The notes beneath the pieces are model-generated. The model was not told the DNA's origin. It ran no database searches and saw nothing but the letters and a program-made list of their open reading frames with translations. Made by a program: the position numbers and the translations under genes. From a virus: a stretch of 64,000 bases of DNA. This document shows positions 43,706-52,362 of this stretch, in pieces; within the stretch, counting starts at the first letter, position 1, and every line of letters begins with the position of its first letter. Where the stretch lies: IMG/VR virus record IMGVR_UViG_3300032242_001694, one strand, 5' to 3'.

Positions 43706-43807
43706 ATCGCAGGTCTCAATTTCCAGGTCTATGCATTCTGGTAGGTCTAGCTTTTTAGGTCGCCCCGATCTGGTAGGTCTCAATTTCCAGGTCTCAATAT
43801 TCTGGTC
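43697..43807. repeat. Phased AGGTC array with a 20-bp exact direct repeat
   Basis: AGGTC at 43711, 43725, 43743, 43757, 43775, 43789; AGGTCTCAATTTCCAGGTCT at 43711 and 43775. Confidence 0.75.
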
Positions 43808-43810
43808 GGG

Positions 43811-44218
43811 TTATCCACCAATCTTATAGTCGTCCCAGCTGGTGTGGTAGCTTCCGGTGTATGATGGCTCGAATCTATTGGAGTCTACACTTGGATATTT
43901 CAGCGCGTCGCGGTAAGCTTGGGCAGTGAGCGTGATGCTCTTCTCTTTTTCCAGGTCTTGTCTAAGCTCTGCGCACTCGGCTTGCAGGTCTTGTATGACC
44001 AGGTCGCTCTCCCTGAGCTCTTCTCTCAGGTCTATGATCTGAGTCTCGTAGTGTAGGGAGTCGAGCGTGTTGTCGATCAGCATCTCGTTCTGCTTCTGGA
44101 GCTTCTCGTTCTGGTTGGTCAGCATGTCCTTGATCTTGCGGATGTGGTCGAGTTCCCTACACTTCTCGTGATACGCATTGAGTAGGTCTTTAAGTGAGAA
44201 TGTAGTCGCGTCTTTCAT
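43811..44218 (-). CDS. Coiled-coil hypothetical protein
   Basis: AGGAGA SD; heptad-rich. Confidence 0.6.
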   Translation of the reverse strand: MKDATTFSLKDLLNAYHEKCRELDHIRKIKDMLTNQNEKLQKQNEMLIDNTLDSLHYETQIIDLREELRESDLVIQDLQAECAELRQDLEKEKSITLTAQAYRDALKYPSVDSNRFEPSYTGSYHTSWDDYKIGG

Positions 44219-44233
44219 GGTATAGTTCTCCTG

Positions 44234-44455
44234 TTAGGAAGCTGATGCCAGGTCTTCAGTCTTCATGTACTTGATCGTGTACCAGACGTCTCCTTCTGGT
44301 GGAGTCTCTAGCCCTACTACCGTGTGTCCCTGCTTGTCTTGGATGAAGTTGATCATGACTCTGGCCCCACCCTCGCTCATGCATCGAGCCTCGTACACTC
44401 TCGGCTCCTCGGGAATCGCTACTGCTGGTGTCTTGGTCTTAGTCTTCTTAGCCAT
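44234..44455 (-). CDS. Hypothetical protein
   Basis: 73-aa ORF with SD. Confidence 0.55.
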   Translation of the reverse strand: MAKKTKTKTPAVAIPEEPRVYEARCMSEGGARVMINFIQDKQGHTVVGLETPPEGDVWYTIKYMKTEDLASAS

Positions 44456-44459
44456 TTTA

Positions 44460-44888
44460 CTACCTTCTGGTATTTCTAGGTACTCTATTTAGCCATTCTT
44501 CTACCAGTACTCTCTCGAGCTCGTAAGCCTCTGACTCCCACGGGCGGTCTACGTACTTAGTATTAGAAGAATAGATCTTCCCGTCGTAGCGGTGCTTGCC
44601 ATCCTGGTACAGCTTGAGCTTGCCGGTGGCGTACTGCCACACGTGCACCATCTCATGCGCCAAAGTGGTCAGCAGGGCTAGCTCGTCGAGTGTCTTCTCG
44701 AGCTGGATGGTGAACTCACGGGGTCGGTGGTCGTCGTCTTCCACGAAGCACCAGCCGTCGGCTCCTATGTCTCGCTTGACCTCTACGTCGATATACGTGT
44801 TCATGGCCAGGCGATACTGTTTCTGGAACAGGAAATCCCTGAAGAAGTTCATCGCCTGGTTGATCTGTGCCTTATTGACTCTGTTCAT
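44460..44888 (-). CDS. Zincin metallopeptidase (HExxH)
   Basis: TLAHEMVHVWQY..PWESEAY. Confidence 0.8.
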   Translation of the reverse strand: MNRVNKAQINQAMNFFRDFLFQKQYRLAMNTYIDVEVKRDIGADGWCFVEDDDHRPREFTIQLEKTLDELALLTTLAHEMVHVWQYATGKLKLYQDGKHRYDGKIYSSNTKYVDRPWESEAYELERVLVEEWLNRVPRNTRR

Positions 44889-44894
44889 TATCAG

Positions 44895-44923
44895 ATTATA
44901 TCACGGCTGGATAATAATGTCAA
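44895..44923 (-). promoter_or_regulatory. Early promoter, probably giving a leaderless mRNA
   Basis: TTGACA-17-TATAAT, ATG 6 nt after the -10. Confidence 0.8.
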
Positions 44924-45624
44924 CCATTAATCTCGAACGGGCTGGTGCCGTCGAAGATGGTGAGCATCGCGTCCATGTAGAAAGCTTTCTGCTTGACAAA
45001 CACCTGAGGTAGCTCGTTGTCCACTGCGATTACGATCGCGATTTGGGGAATCTTTTGGCCTGTAAGCTCCTCAGCCATGGTGGCGTAGCACGTAGCTTGG
45101 ATGAAGTAGCTCTGGATATACGACTCCTGCTTGAGTCTCAGGCTGGTCTTGAAGTCTACAACTGACATCACTCCGTCGAACATGGCGATACAGTCAGTCT
45201 GGCCTGCGGTGTGTAGTCTGGCTGAGTAGAGTGGAGCCTCGATGGCGTGGATGACTCCGACTCTCTCGTCTAGGACTGGCCTGATGCTGTCAAACGTCAT
45301 CTTGTTGACAGGCATAGTCTTGGCTGGATAGTTCTCCTCGTTGAGCAGGTAAGCTTCTGCGATCGCGTGGATAGCTGTGCCGCGATTCCCAGCCTGAACT
45401 CTTATGCGCTCAGCCTTCTCAGCTCCCACTGAGTTCTGCCACTTTACTAGGCCAGACTTGTCAGTGCGAGCTCCCAGTATCGTGGTGACTGACGGGTATG
45501 GAACTCCGTCAGCCCCGATGTAGTGTCTGTTCCCGTCAATCTCAGTTCTTACTAGAGGCTGGAAGGTCCAGAAGTCGTGCTCGAAGTTCCGGCTACGCGG
45601 TAATCTTGAGTCTTGTCTTAGCAA
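44920..45624 (-). CDS. PD-(D/E)xK exonuclease (RecB/Cas4-like); start uncertain
   Basis: YPSVTTIL, RGTAIH, AGQTDCIA, VVDFKTS, YFIQATCYA. Confidence 0.88.
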   Translation of the reverse strand: MLRQDSRLPRSRNFEHDFWTFQPLVRTEIDGNRHYIGADGVPYPSVTTILGARTDKSGLVKWQNSVGAEKAERIRVQAGNRGTAIHAIAEAYLLNEENYPAKTMPVNKMTFDSIRPVLDERVGVIHAIEAPLYSARLHTAGQTDCIAMFDGVMSVVDFKTSLRLKQESYIQSYFIQATCYATMAEELTGQKIPQIAIVIAVDNELPQVFVKQKAFYMDAMLTIFDGTSPFEING

Positions 45625-46336
45625 TAATATATTCCTTCACCATTGCAGAGCGAACTATGTCGTTCTCATCAAATTCTATATGCTCGAACGTCTTCATGCG
45701 ATTCAGGATCTTCATGAAGTCTATTAGGCCAGACTTCTCGTGATCTTTAGTGAAGTCAGACTGCCTGAAGTCACCACAGAACACGATCTTACAGTTCTTA
45801 CCCACGCGAGTGATGACTGAGTCAAGCTCGTGCAGGGTCATGTTGGCTATCTCGTCTACCACAACGATGCTATCATTAAGAGTAATACCTCGTATGAAAG
45901 AAGTACTGATGAATTCCACAATTCCTCGCTGCTTGAGATACTCATAAGCATCTCCTCGTCCAAATAGTTCTGTAAAGATTGCTTGATATGGAGCTTCATA
46001 GACCTTGGTCTTCTCTTTGTTGTTGCCTGGTAGGAATCCCATGTCGCGCGTGGGTACCACGCTTCTAACGATTACGAGCTTCTTGTACCTGTTATCTCCA
46101 TCGAGTAGCTGCTTCATGGCTAGGTAGCATGAGATAAAGCTCTTGCCTGTACCGGCGATGCCGTGCAGCATCAGGTTCTTATCTCTTGCGTAGTACTCGA
46201 ACGTGATGGTCTGGTTCTGAGTTAGTGGCTCGATGTTCTTGAGCTTAAAGTTAATCTTTACGCCGTTGTCTTCGCTTCCTCTTTCCTGCTGTTGAGTTCT
46301 CTTTTGTTTTCTCGTTAGACGCTTGGTTGGTTCCAT
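45593..46336 (-). CDS. phoH: PhoH-family ATPase
   Basis: GIAGTGKS Walker A, MGFLPG, STSFIRGITL, VVDE, CGDFRQSD, DIVRS. Confidence 0.95.
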   Translation of the reverse strand: MEPTKRLTRKQKRTQQQERGSEDNGVKINFKLKNIEPLTQNQTITFEYYARDKNLMLHGIAGTGKSFISCYLAMKQLLDGDNRYKKLVIVRSVVPTRDMGFLPGNNKEKTKVYEAPYQAIFTELFGRGDAYEYLKQRGIVEFISTSFIRGITLNDSIVVVDEIANMTLHELDSVITRVGKNCKIVFCGDFRQSDFTKDHEKSGLIDFMKILNRMKTFEHIEFDENDIVRSAMVKEYIIAKTRLKITA

Positions 46337-46360
46337 GCTTATCTTTCTTATGCGTAGTGG

Positions 46361-46600
46361 TTAGAACGTATTAATAGTAGAGCGTGAAACACCACGCTGG
46401 TTACTCCTCTTAATACTCTTGAGTAGATCTCTAAATCCATTGTCGGGCTTTTGTGGTCGACCCGACACGATCATTGGAGATCCGGTGAGAAGCTGCTCAA
46501 GGTGTGGATTCTCCTTGAGATAGTCGTCAACCGCCGAGATGCTCATGAACTCTGAGAACTCTTCGTTGGTCTTCTTATTTAGAAAATTGTACGTCGGCAT
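46361..46600 (-). CDS. Conserved small T4-like protein (FmdB-like, lacking Cys)
   Basis: MPTYNF..MSIS..YLKENPHLEQ..GFRDLLKSIK; usual neighbour of phoH. Confidence 0.7.
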   Translation of the reverse strand: MPTYNFLNKKTNEEFSEFMSISAVDDYLKENPHLEQLLTGSPMIVSGRPQKPDNGFRDLLKSIKRSNQRGVSRSTINTF

Positions 46601-46805
46601 TTTGCAAATCCATTAGTTCTTCTTCAATCATGTAGTCAAAGTAGTCTGGATCCATTCCATCTTCGACTGTGAGCTCTTCAACGTCGCCGACGCGTAGAGC
46701 GCGCTCGATCCTGCGCTCTAGCTTCTTGTTCTTTGTCTCCTGACGTGATTCATAATCGCCATCATAATAATCGCGTTCATTGTTTCTACGTCTCGTCTTA
46801 CTCAT
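46575..46805 (-). CDS. Small charged hypothetical protein
   Basis: Coupled ORF. Confidence 0.55.
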   Translation of the reverse strand: MSKTRRRNNERDYYDGDYESRQETKNKKLERRIERALRVGDVEELTVEDGMDPDYFDYMIEEELMDLQNADVQFSK

Positions 46806-47239
46806 TTGATCTGTGACTCCAGTGGTAGCAGGTCTGGAAATGCAGCGCGGACTAAGTCAGCGTCGATGCCCTTGACCGGTGGTTTCTTATCCTTGATAGC
46901 GCACAGCATGAGAGCGTCTGCAGGCGTGCAGTTCTCAAGCAGTGCAATGAACATCATCTCGCGCTGAGCCTGTGTCTTCACGGGAGCTCCACCCTCAACG
47001 TAGTAGCTCAGCTTCTTGACTTCGCGAAGCAGGACTGACTCCTGGTCCTGCAGCTCATTAGCCTTGAACGGAGGCTGGCCTTCAGGAAGCAGCCACTTGA
47101 TCCGTGGATCGAATGCTCCTTGCAAGATAGTTCTAAGCTCAAAGCTGTTGTTAGCCTGTAGAGCTGCGATCTTCTCATCACGCTTTTTCAATTTAGAGAC
47201 TGCCTCTAAAAACTCGGCCATGCCGATTACTGTAGCCAT
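46802..47239 (-). CDS. Conserved T4-like hypothetical protein
   Basis: FDPRIKWLLPEG.PPF, REMMFIALLE, AFPDLL; follows rnh. Confidence 0.7.
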   Translation of the reverse strand: MATVIGMAEFLEAVSKLKKRDEKIAALQANNSFELRTILQGAFDPRIKWLLPEGQPPFKANELQDQESVLLREVKKLSYYVEGGAPVKTQAQREMMFIALLENCTPADALMLCAIKDKKPPVKGIDADLVRAAFPDLLPLESQIK

Positions 47240-47241
47240 TA

Positions 47242-48096
47242 TTAAAACTCCTGAATATGTTCTGTTAGATGTTTAAGCTTGTTATTGATGAAGTAGTTCC
47301 AAAGCTTGTCGCGACCCTTGGACTCAAACTTATTGTACTCGTCCAAGATCTTTTCCTCAACTGACTGAGGAATAGAGCTGAGATCGATAAGCTTGATGTT
47401 GCGCTGGTAGTTGCGAAGAGTCGTGGTGTCGACGTGAGCTGAGAGATTGCCAAAGATGTCAAGCATCGCGTCAATCTTTTTCTGAGTCAGAGGCTTCTGA
47501 CGCTTGTTAGGAGTGACGAATGTGTCGTCGTCGGAGAGTACGTTGGGCACGCCATCGCCTGTATCGCCGCGAAGGATATGCTCGCGCTTGTACTGCTTGG
47601 GATTGGCGTGACTGATCCACTTCTTGCGTACTGGATCGTACTGCTTGACGTTGGCGTGAGTGTGGAGCTGGATGAAGTCTTTGTCGCCGGAGAGGATCAA
47701 GATGTCCTCGTACTCGTTGTGCTTGCAGAGCGTAGCGATGATGTCGTCGGCCTCGCATGAGTCTACATCGACAACTTTGTAGGGAAAGAACTCCTTGAGC
47801 TCAGCGCGAATCTTATTCATGCACTCAAAGATAGCAGCCCAGTCAAGCTCGGAAGCTTCCTGTGACTTCTTGCGATTAGCTTTATAGTAGGGAAATACCT
47901 GCTTGCGCCAGTAGTTCTTGTTGTCGCACGCAATAACCAGCTCGCCAAACTCAGCGGAGAACTTATTGCGATACGAGCGGAGAGAGTTGAGAACCATGTG
48001 GCGTACCATGTTCTCCTCAACCTCAGCGTTGGTGTGATTGCCCAACTGCATCATTAGATTAGATAGCATAACTTGTGAAAGATCCACAATGATCAT
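47242..48096 (-). CDS. rnh: T4-type RNase H / 5'-3' exonuclease
   Basis: IIVDLSQ, WRKQVFPYYKANRK, EADDIIA, SGDKDFIQL, GDTGDGVPN. Confidence 0.93.
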   Translation of the reverse strand: MIIVDLSQVMLSNLMMQLGNHTNAEVEENMVRHMVLNSLRSYRNKFSAEFGELVIACDNKNYWRKQVFPYYKANRKKSQEASELDWAAIFECMNKIRAELKEFFPYKVVDVDSCEADDIIATLCKHNEYEDILILSGDKDFIQLHTHANVKQYDPVRKKWISHANPKQYKREHILRGDTGDGVPNVLSDDDTFVTPNKRQKPLTQKKIDAMLDIFGNLSAHVDTTTLRNYQRNIKLIDLSSIPQSVEEKILDEYNKFESKGRDKLWNYFINNKLKHLTEHIQEF

Positions 48097-48108
48097 GATG
48101 TTACAGCC

Positions 48109-48498
48109 TCAGCTGTTTCCTTTCTCTGGGTTTCTAAACTTTAAGTCGATGGAGTCAACTACTCGTAGTGTACCGATCTCAGCACCTTCATCGGTGAATA
48201 CGCTATTGGCCAGCTCGGTGAATGGATGCTCCATGCCGTGATACTTACAAAGAAGAGCCCTCACCGCCTCAACGATGAAAGCTCCGTCTTTAATGTATGC
48301 GTCTTCCTGATCTTCCTCGATGCCGAAGTCAAAGGCTGCTGCCTCGAGTTGAGTGAATAGCTGTGGAATCACGTTGGCCAATGTCTCGTTGATGTGATAG
48401 TGCTTGAGGAACGACATGCGGTCGTCGACTTCAGACTCGTCTAACGGGATAAACTTAGTGTTTGAGTTACTCTTTGGAAACTTTATGACGTTGTCCAT
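48109..48498 (-). CDS. Hypothetical protein
   Basis: MDNVIKFP start; promoter TTGACA-17-TAATAT at 48514-48542. Confidence 0.65.
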   Translation of the reverse strand: MDNVIKFPKSNSNTKFIPLDESEVDDRMSFLKHYHINETLANVIPQLFTQLEAAAFDFGIEEDQEDAYIKDGAFIVEAVRALLCKYHGMEHPFTELANSVFTDEGAEIGTLRVVDSIDLKFRNPEKGNS

Positions 48499-48551
48499 TT
48501 GGTTCCTATTATGATATTAAACTAGCTACTCATTATTGTCAACTAGTTTAT

Positions 48552-49544
48552 TTATGCGTTGTCGCTTGCCAGAACGGTAGAGCCCTCGGTGGTGAACTTA
48601 AAGTCGTACACCTTGCACTGTGTATTGCACTCTAGATCGTTGATTAGTCCTGCTCTTTTGTCCTGTGGTACGTAGAACACGAAGAACCCGCCACCACCTG
48701 CACCGAGAAGCTTACCACCTAGAGCTCCAGCTTTCATTGCGCAAGTATAGACTTCGTCGAAGTAGTCGCTGGTGATCTCCTTGACGATACTCTTCTTATC
48801 CATCCACGCATCGTTGAGCAGGGCACCGAATGAATCTACGTCGCGATCGATCAGGTGACCCAGCGCAATGTAAGCCTTATCGCGACTTCTCTTCACAAGA
48901 TTTAACTTATCTTTATCACTCATCGCAGCGCTCTGCTTCTGCAGGATGCTGTTGGCCGAACGACCGATCCCGCTGTACACGAGTAGCAGGTTGTTCTCGA
49001 GTAGCTTCAGCGTGAACGGATCAATCTTGGATGTGTCGTACAGTATTACCTGATCTTTAGCGAACTGGAACAGGTTGACTCCACCCCAAGCAGCTGCGTA
49101 CTGGTCCTGCTTACCAACGGGATACCCACACTTCTCCATCTCAATCATGCACGCGCACTCGGCGAGCTGACTCTTGTTTGGCCTGATGCCCGAGTAGCTC
49201 GAGAGCGCGTTGACGAGTCCGACTGTAAATGCAGATGAAGACCCCAGTCCCGATCCCTTGGACAAGATGTCCGAGATGGATGAGACAGTGATCTCCTTGT
49301 TGATCTGAAAGTACTTGAGCGTCTCGCTCGTGATACCGCTCTGCATTGTCTCTACGTCCGGAAACTCCTCGATCTGGTCATACATGACCTTGACACCCAT
49401 GTGCTTGGTCTTATGCAGCATAACGTAGATGTACTTGTCGATCGTGACTGACAGGGCAGCACCGAGATCATCTTTATAAAACGACGGCATGTCACTGCCG
49501 CCGGAGAAGAAGCTGATGCGAACTGGTGTGCGGGTGATGATCAT
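48552..49544 (-). CDS. hddA: D-glycero-alpha-D-manno-heptose-7-phosphate kinase (GHMP family)
   Basis: RTPVRISFFSGGSD, GSGLGSSSAF, GKQDQYAAAWGG, GGKLLGAGGGGF. Confidence 0.85.
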   Translation of the reverse strand: MIITRTPVRISFFSGGSDMPSFYKDDLGAALSVTIDKYIYVMLHKTKHMGVKVMYDQIEEFPDVETMQSGITSETLKYFQINKEITVSSISDILSKGSGLGSSSAFTVGLVNALSSYSGIRPNKSQLAECACMIEMEKCGYPVGKQDQYAAAWGGVNLFQFAKDQVILYDTSKIDPFTLKLLENNLLLVYSGIGRSANSILQKQSAAMSDKDKLNLVKRSRDKAYIALGHLIDRDVDSFGALLNDAWMDKKSIVKEITSDYFDEVYTCAMKAGALGGKLLGAGGGGFFVFYVPQDKRAGLINDLECNTQCKVYDFKFTTEGSTVLASDNA

Positions 49545-50542
49545 GTCTTATACCTAAACATCTCTACTGGTTTCTTGCGCGACTCTACGTCTGGATAATT
49601 TTTGAGCATAGAGCTGAGTAGAGTCTCCCACTTAGACTTGATGCGATCGATGTTGTAGCGACTATCCACGAAGAACTTATTGAACCGGATAACTTCCTCA
49701 CTCTTCTTAGTCTCTACCATATGGATCGCTGCTTCGAGGTGACGAGCAAAGATGTTGGCGTGCTCGTTCTTGTTGTTAAAGTCACCCTGATACATGATGT
49801 TGAGAGCTCCTGAAGTCTCAGGAAGTGCGCCAAAGTTAGGATGCACGCACAACAAGCCAGCAGACATAGCCTCAAGCATTGCGCGACAGCTGGTCTCTAG
49901 CCAGATGCTGGGATACGCGTGGATGTGAGCTGTGTTAAGGTAAGACTTGAGATCGTCGTTGGGTACGAACCCGTGATAAGTCATCTGAGGATGACTGCGA
50001 ATCTCGTCGTAGAGTGGCTCGAACTGTTCATCAGCTTGATCCCAGCCATAGATCTTAAAGCTTGAGAACACGTCGAGATGAATGTTGGGATACTTCTCAG
50101 CCAGATGCTTGAACACTGGCACCAGCAGCTCCAGCCCACGCTGCGGAGTAGACGTATAGCAGATGTGGATCTTACCGTCGTAGTCTTTCTGCAGACAGCT
50201 ATTAGGAGCTGGCTCGATACCAGACTCAAGGATGATAGACTTATTGTCGTAAGGCAAGCCGTGAACTAGCTGGTAGCGCTGGTACTGCCAGTCAGAAATG
50301 AACACGAACTTGTGGATGCTGTCGATAAAGTTCTTATCTTGAAACTTCTTGCTCTCCGGATCTTCAGGTAGATCGTGACACCAGAATAGCCTGATCTTAT
50401 CTTCTTCAAACTCGCGATGGCGAGACGAGATGATCTGGAAGTTCTCGAGTAACTTCGGGTCAATGATCTGTGCTAGCTTTCTCTTCGCAATCTCCGTACC
50501 GCCGAACGCGTTCTTGGAGATCTCATTCTCTTCAAAACTCAT
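49541..50542 (-). CDS. Glycosyltransferase, GT4/GT-B fold
   Basis: GGTE, WCHD, YTSTPQRGL, YPSIWLETSC..LEAMSAG..GALPET. Confidence 0.85.
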   Translation of the reverse strand: MSFEENEISKNAFGGTEIAKRKLAQIIDPKLLENFQIISSRHREFEEDKIRLFWCHDLPEDPESKKFQDKNFIDSIHKFVFISDWQYQRYQLVHGLPYDNKSIILESGIEPAPNSCLQKDYDGKIHICYTSTPQRGLELLVPVFKHLAEKYPNIHLDVFSSFKIYGWDQADEQFEPLYDEIRSHPQMTYHGFVPNDDLKSYLNTAHIHAYPSIWLETSCRAMLEAMSAGLLCVHPNFGALPETSGALNIMYQGDFNNKNEHANIFARHLEAAIHMVETKKSEEVIRFNKFFVDSRYNIDRIKSKWETLLSSMLKNYPDVESRKKPVEMFRYKT

Positions 50543-51273
50543 ATTGTAAATCCACTCTTGGTTGCATCATTGAAGAACATCTTACACGTATCGAGAGAGA
50601 ACTCATTCAAGTCTTTGCCGAGTATGTCAAGCTTCTTGATCAAGTCTGGAGTCATCGTGATGATGTCTGCTCCAACCCTCTCTGCCTGAATATAATTATA
50701 TGATTCACGAGGTGATGCCCAGAGTAACTCAACATTGTAAAGCATGTCCGAGTCGTGCTGCAACAAGCGATAAGCTTTAGCATCTTCAAACACTTCGATA
50801 GGATCTACACCAGCGTCTGCAATGCGACCGGCAAAGATTGAGATGATTGATGGTACTTTTGGATTTAAGTTGGCGAGTGTAGTGATTACTTGAGCAACTG
50901 TGAACACAGCCGTTACGTTGAGCTTGACGCCTTCATGACTGAGATGCTTAATGACTTGACTCGTGTAAAGCCCATTAGTGAACATGATTGGGATCTTTAC
51001 ATAGATCGGGTAATTGTACTTACTGGACCACTCATGTATCTTGAGAGCCTGATCTACCATTCCGTAGTGGTCGTCTGCAAAGACCTCAAAGCTAATACAC
51101 GTATCAGGTCGAGTAGTTGACAAAAAGTCCAGCACTTTGTGTGCGAACTCACCATAGTCAGTCACTCCTGCTTGTCGCATCAAAGTTGGGTTGGTAGTAA
51201 ATCCCGTGATTTGTGAGTTTTGAGATGCTTTAACAATACCGTCAAAGTCTGCGCCATCAGCGAACAGCTTCAT
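50539..51273 (-). CDS. tal: Transaldolase (short TalC/FSA type)
   Basis: LFADGA, GFTTNPTLM, ISFEV, YVKIP, LNVTAVF, SIFAGRIAD, LWASPRE; start reset to ATG 51273. Confidence 0.9.
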   Translation of the reverse strand: MKLFADGADFDGIVKASQNSQITGFTTNPTLMRQAGVTDYGEFAHKVLDFLSTTRPDTCISFEVFADDHYGMVDQALKIHEWSSKYNYPIYVKIPIMFTNGLYTSQVIKHLSHEGVKLNVTAVFTVAQVITTLANLNPKVPSIISIFAGRIADAGVDPIEVFEDAKAYRLLQHDSDMLYNVELLWASPRESYNYIQAERVGADIITMTPDLIKKLDILGKDLNEFSLDTCKMFFNDATKSGFTI

Positions 51274-51781
51274 TATATAACTCCTTAATGATTTCACATG
51301 CGTGTAGTATATTAGCAGCGTAGTAGTCTGGCTCTTTATCAAGAGGCTGGCCACCGATGTAGATAGTCTTTACACCAGCAGCTCTACCAGCCTCAATGTC
51401 TTTCCATGAATCGCCGATCATAAAGCTCTTACTCTTATCGACTGAGTAGTAGTTGGTGAGCTCGTTAATCATACCTGGATTAGGCTTGTAAAGCTCAGAA
51501 CCTCTGCGACAAGCGCAGAGGTAATCGTCGATCTTTAGATCTCTCTTGATCTTTAGCATGATCTTAGACAAGTCGTCAAATGTCATCTTAAAGTCAAGAG
51601 CGTCTGGCTGATTTGTGACTATAAAAGTATTATATCCAAGTTCTTTAACTATGTCAATAGCTTTGTTGACGTCCGGTAGATACTCAAACTCTTCAAGCTT
51701 CCAAGGAGGTAGCTTAACACCATCCCTGTCAATCATCTTGTTGATGACGCCGTCGCGATCAAAGAATATAGCTTTTACCAT
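51257..51781 (-). CDS. gmhB: D,D-heptose-1,7-bisphosphate phosphatase (HAD)
   Basis: FFDRDGVIN, IVTNQPD, KPNPGM, MIGDSWKDIEAG. Confidence 0.88.
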   Translation of the reverse strand: MVKAIFFDRDGVINKMIDRDGVKLPPWKLEEFEYLPDVNKAIDIVKELGYNTFIVTNQPDALDFKMTFDDLSKIMLKIKRDLKIDDYLCACRRGSELYKPNPGMINELTNYYSVDKSKSFMIGDSWKDIEAGRAAGVKTIYIGGQPLDKEPDYYAANILHACEIIKELYNEAVR

Positions 51782-52362
51782 TTTGTCTTCTTGATCTGGA
51801 GCTTAGGATGAGATACTACGCAGTGCCACACTACTGCTTGAAAAGCTTCGCTGTGTGGAGTAACTCTTTTAGGTGACAGCTCAGGAACTACCACTGCGAC
51901 GTCAGAGTGTAAAGCAGCGTAGCCGTTCTTCTTGCCAACGATACAAACTACTGTGCCGTCCATTTCACGAGCTTCTTTAATAGCTTCAATTAAGTTAACA
52001 GACACATTCTTCTGTTCGTCACCACCACCCACTGACAAGATAAAGATGGCGTCATTGTGACGAAACTTGCTTACGTTTAGATACTCTCGGAAGACTGTGT
52101 CAAAGCCTTCATCGTTTGTGCGAGCAGTGAGTTCGCTAACATTATCTGTGGGAGCATAAGCCTCAATCCCACAGAGCTTGCGTAGATCATTGACGAGATG
52201 GGAAGCATTGCCAGCTGAACCGCCGACACCAAGTACAAACACTCGGCCGTCGGTAACGTCTCGGACTTTGACAAGTGCATTGACCAGTTCCTCTACTTTG
52301 TTTTTGTCGATAGCATTAGCAATATCAATTACTTCGTTGAAGTACTCATTAGCAAAACTCAT
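51775..52362 (-). CDS. gmhA: Phosphoheptose isomerase (SIS domain)
   Basis: GVGGSAGNASHLVND, TARTNDEG, LSVGGG, EAFQ; clustered with gmhB and hddA. Confidence 0.85.
   Translation of the reverse strand: MSFANEYFNEVIDIANAIDKNKVEELVNALVKVRDVTDGRVFVLGVGGSAGNASHLVNDLRKLCGIEAYAPTDNVSELTARTNDEGFDTVFREYLNVSKFRHNDAIFILSVGGGDEQKNVSVNLIEAIKEAREMDGTVVCIVGKKNGYAALHSDVAVVVPELSPKRVTPHSEAFQAVVWHCVVSHPKLQIKKTKW

Noticed and set aside
44920-45624. Cas4 indicating a CRISPR-Cas system
   Set aside because: Stand-alone PD-(D/E)xK exonuclease in its usual position beside phoH, lacking the Fe-S cysteine set; no array or other cas genes
50539-51273. Cyanophage assignment based on transaldolase, phoH, speD and the 2OG oxygenase
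   Set aside because: No photosynthesis genes here; the tmRNA is of alphaproteobacterial type, NrdA/B look proteobacterial class Ia, and tal lies inside a heptose operon
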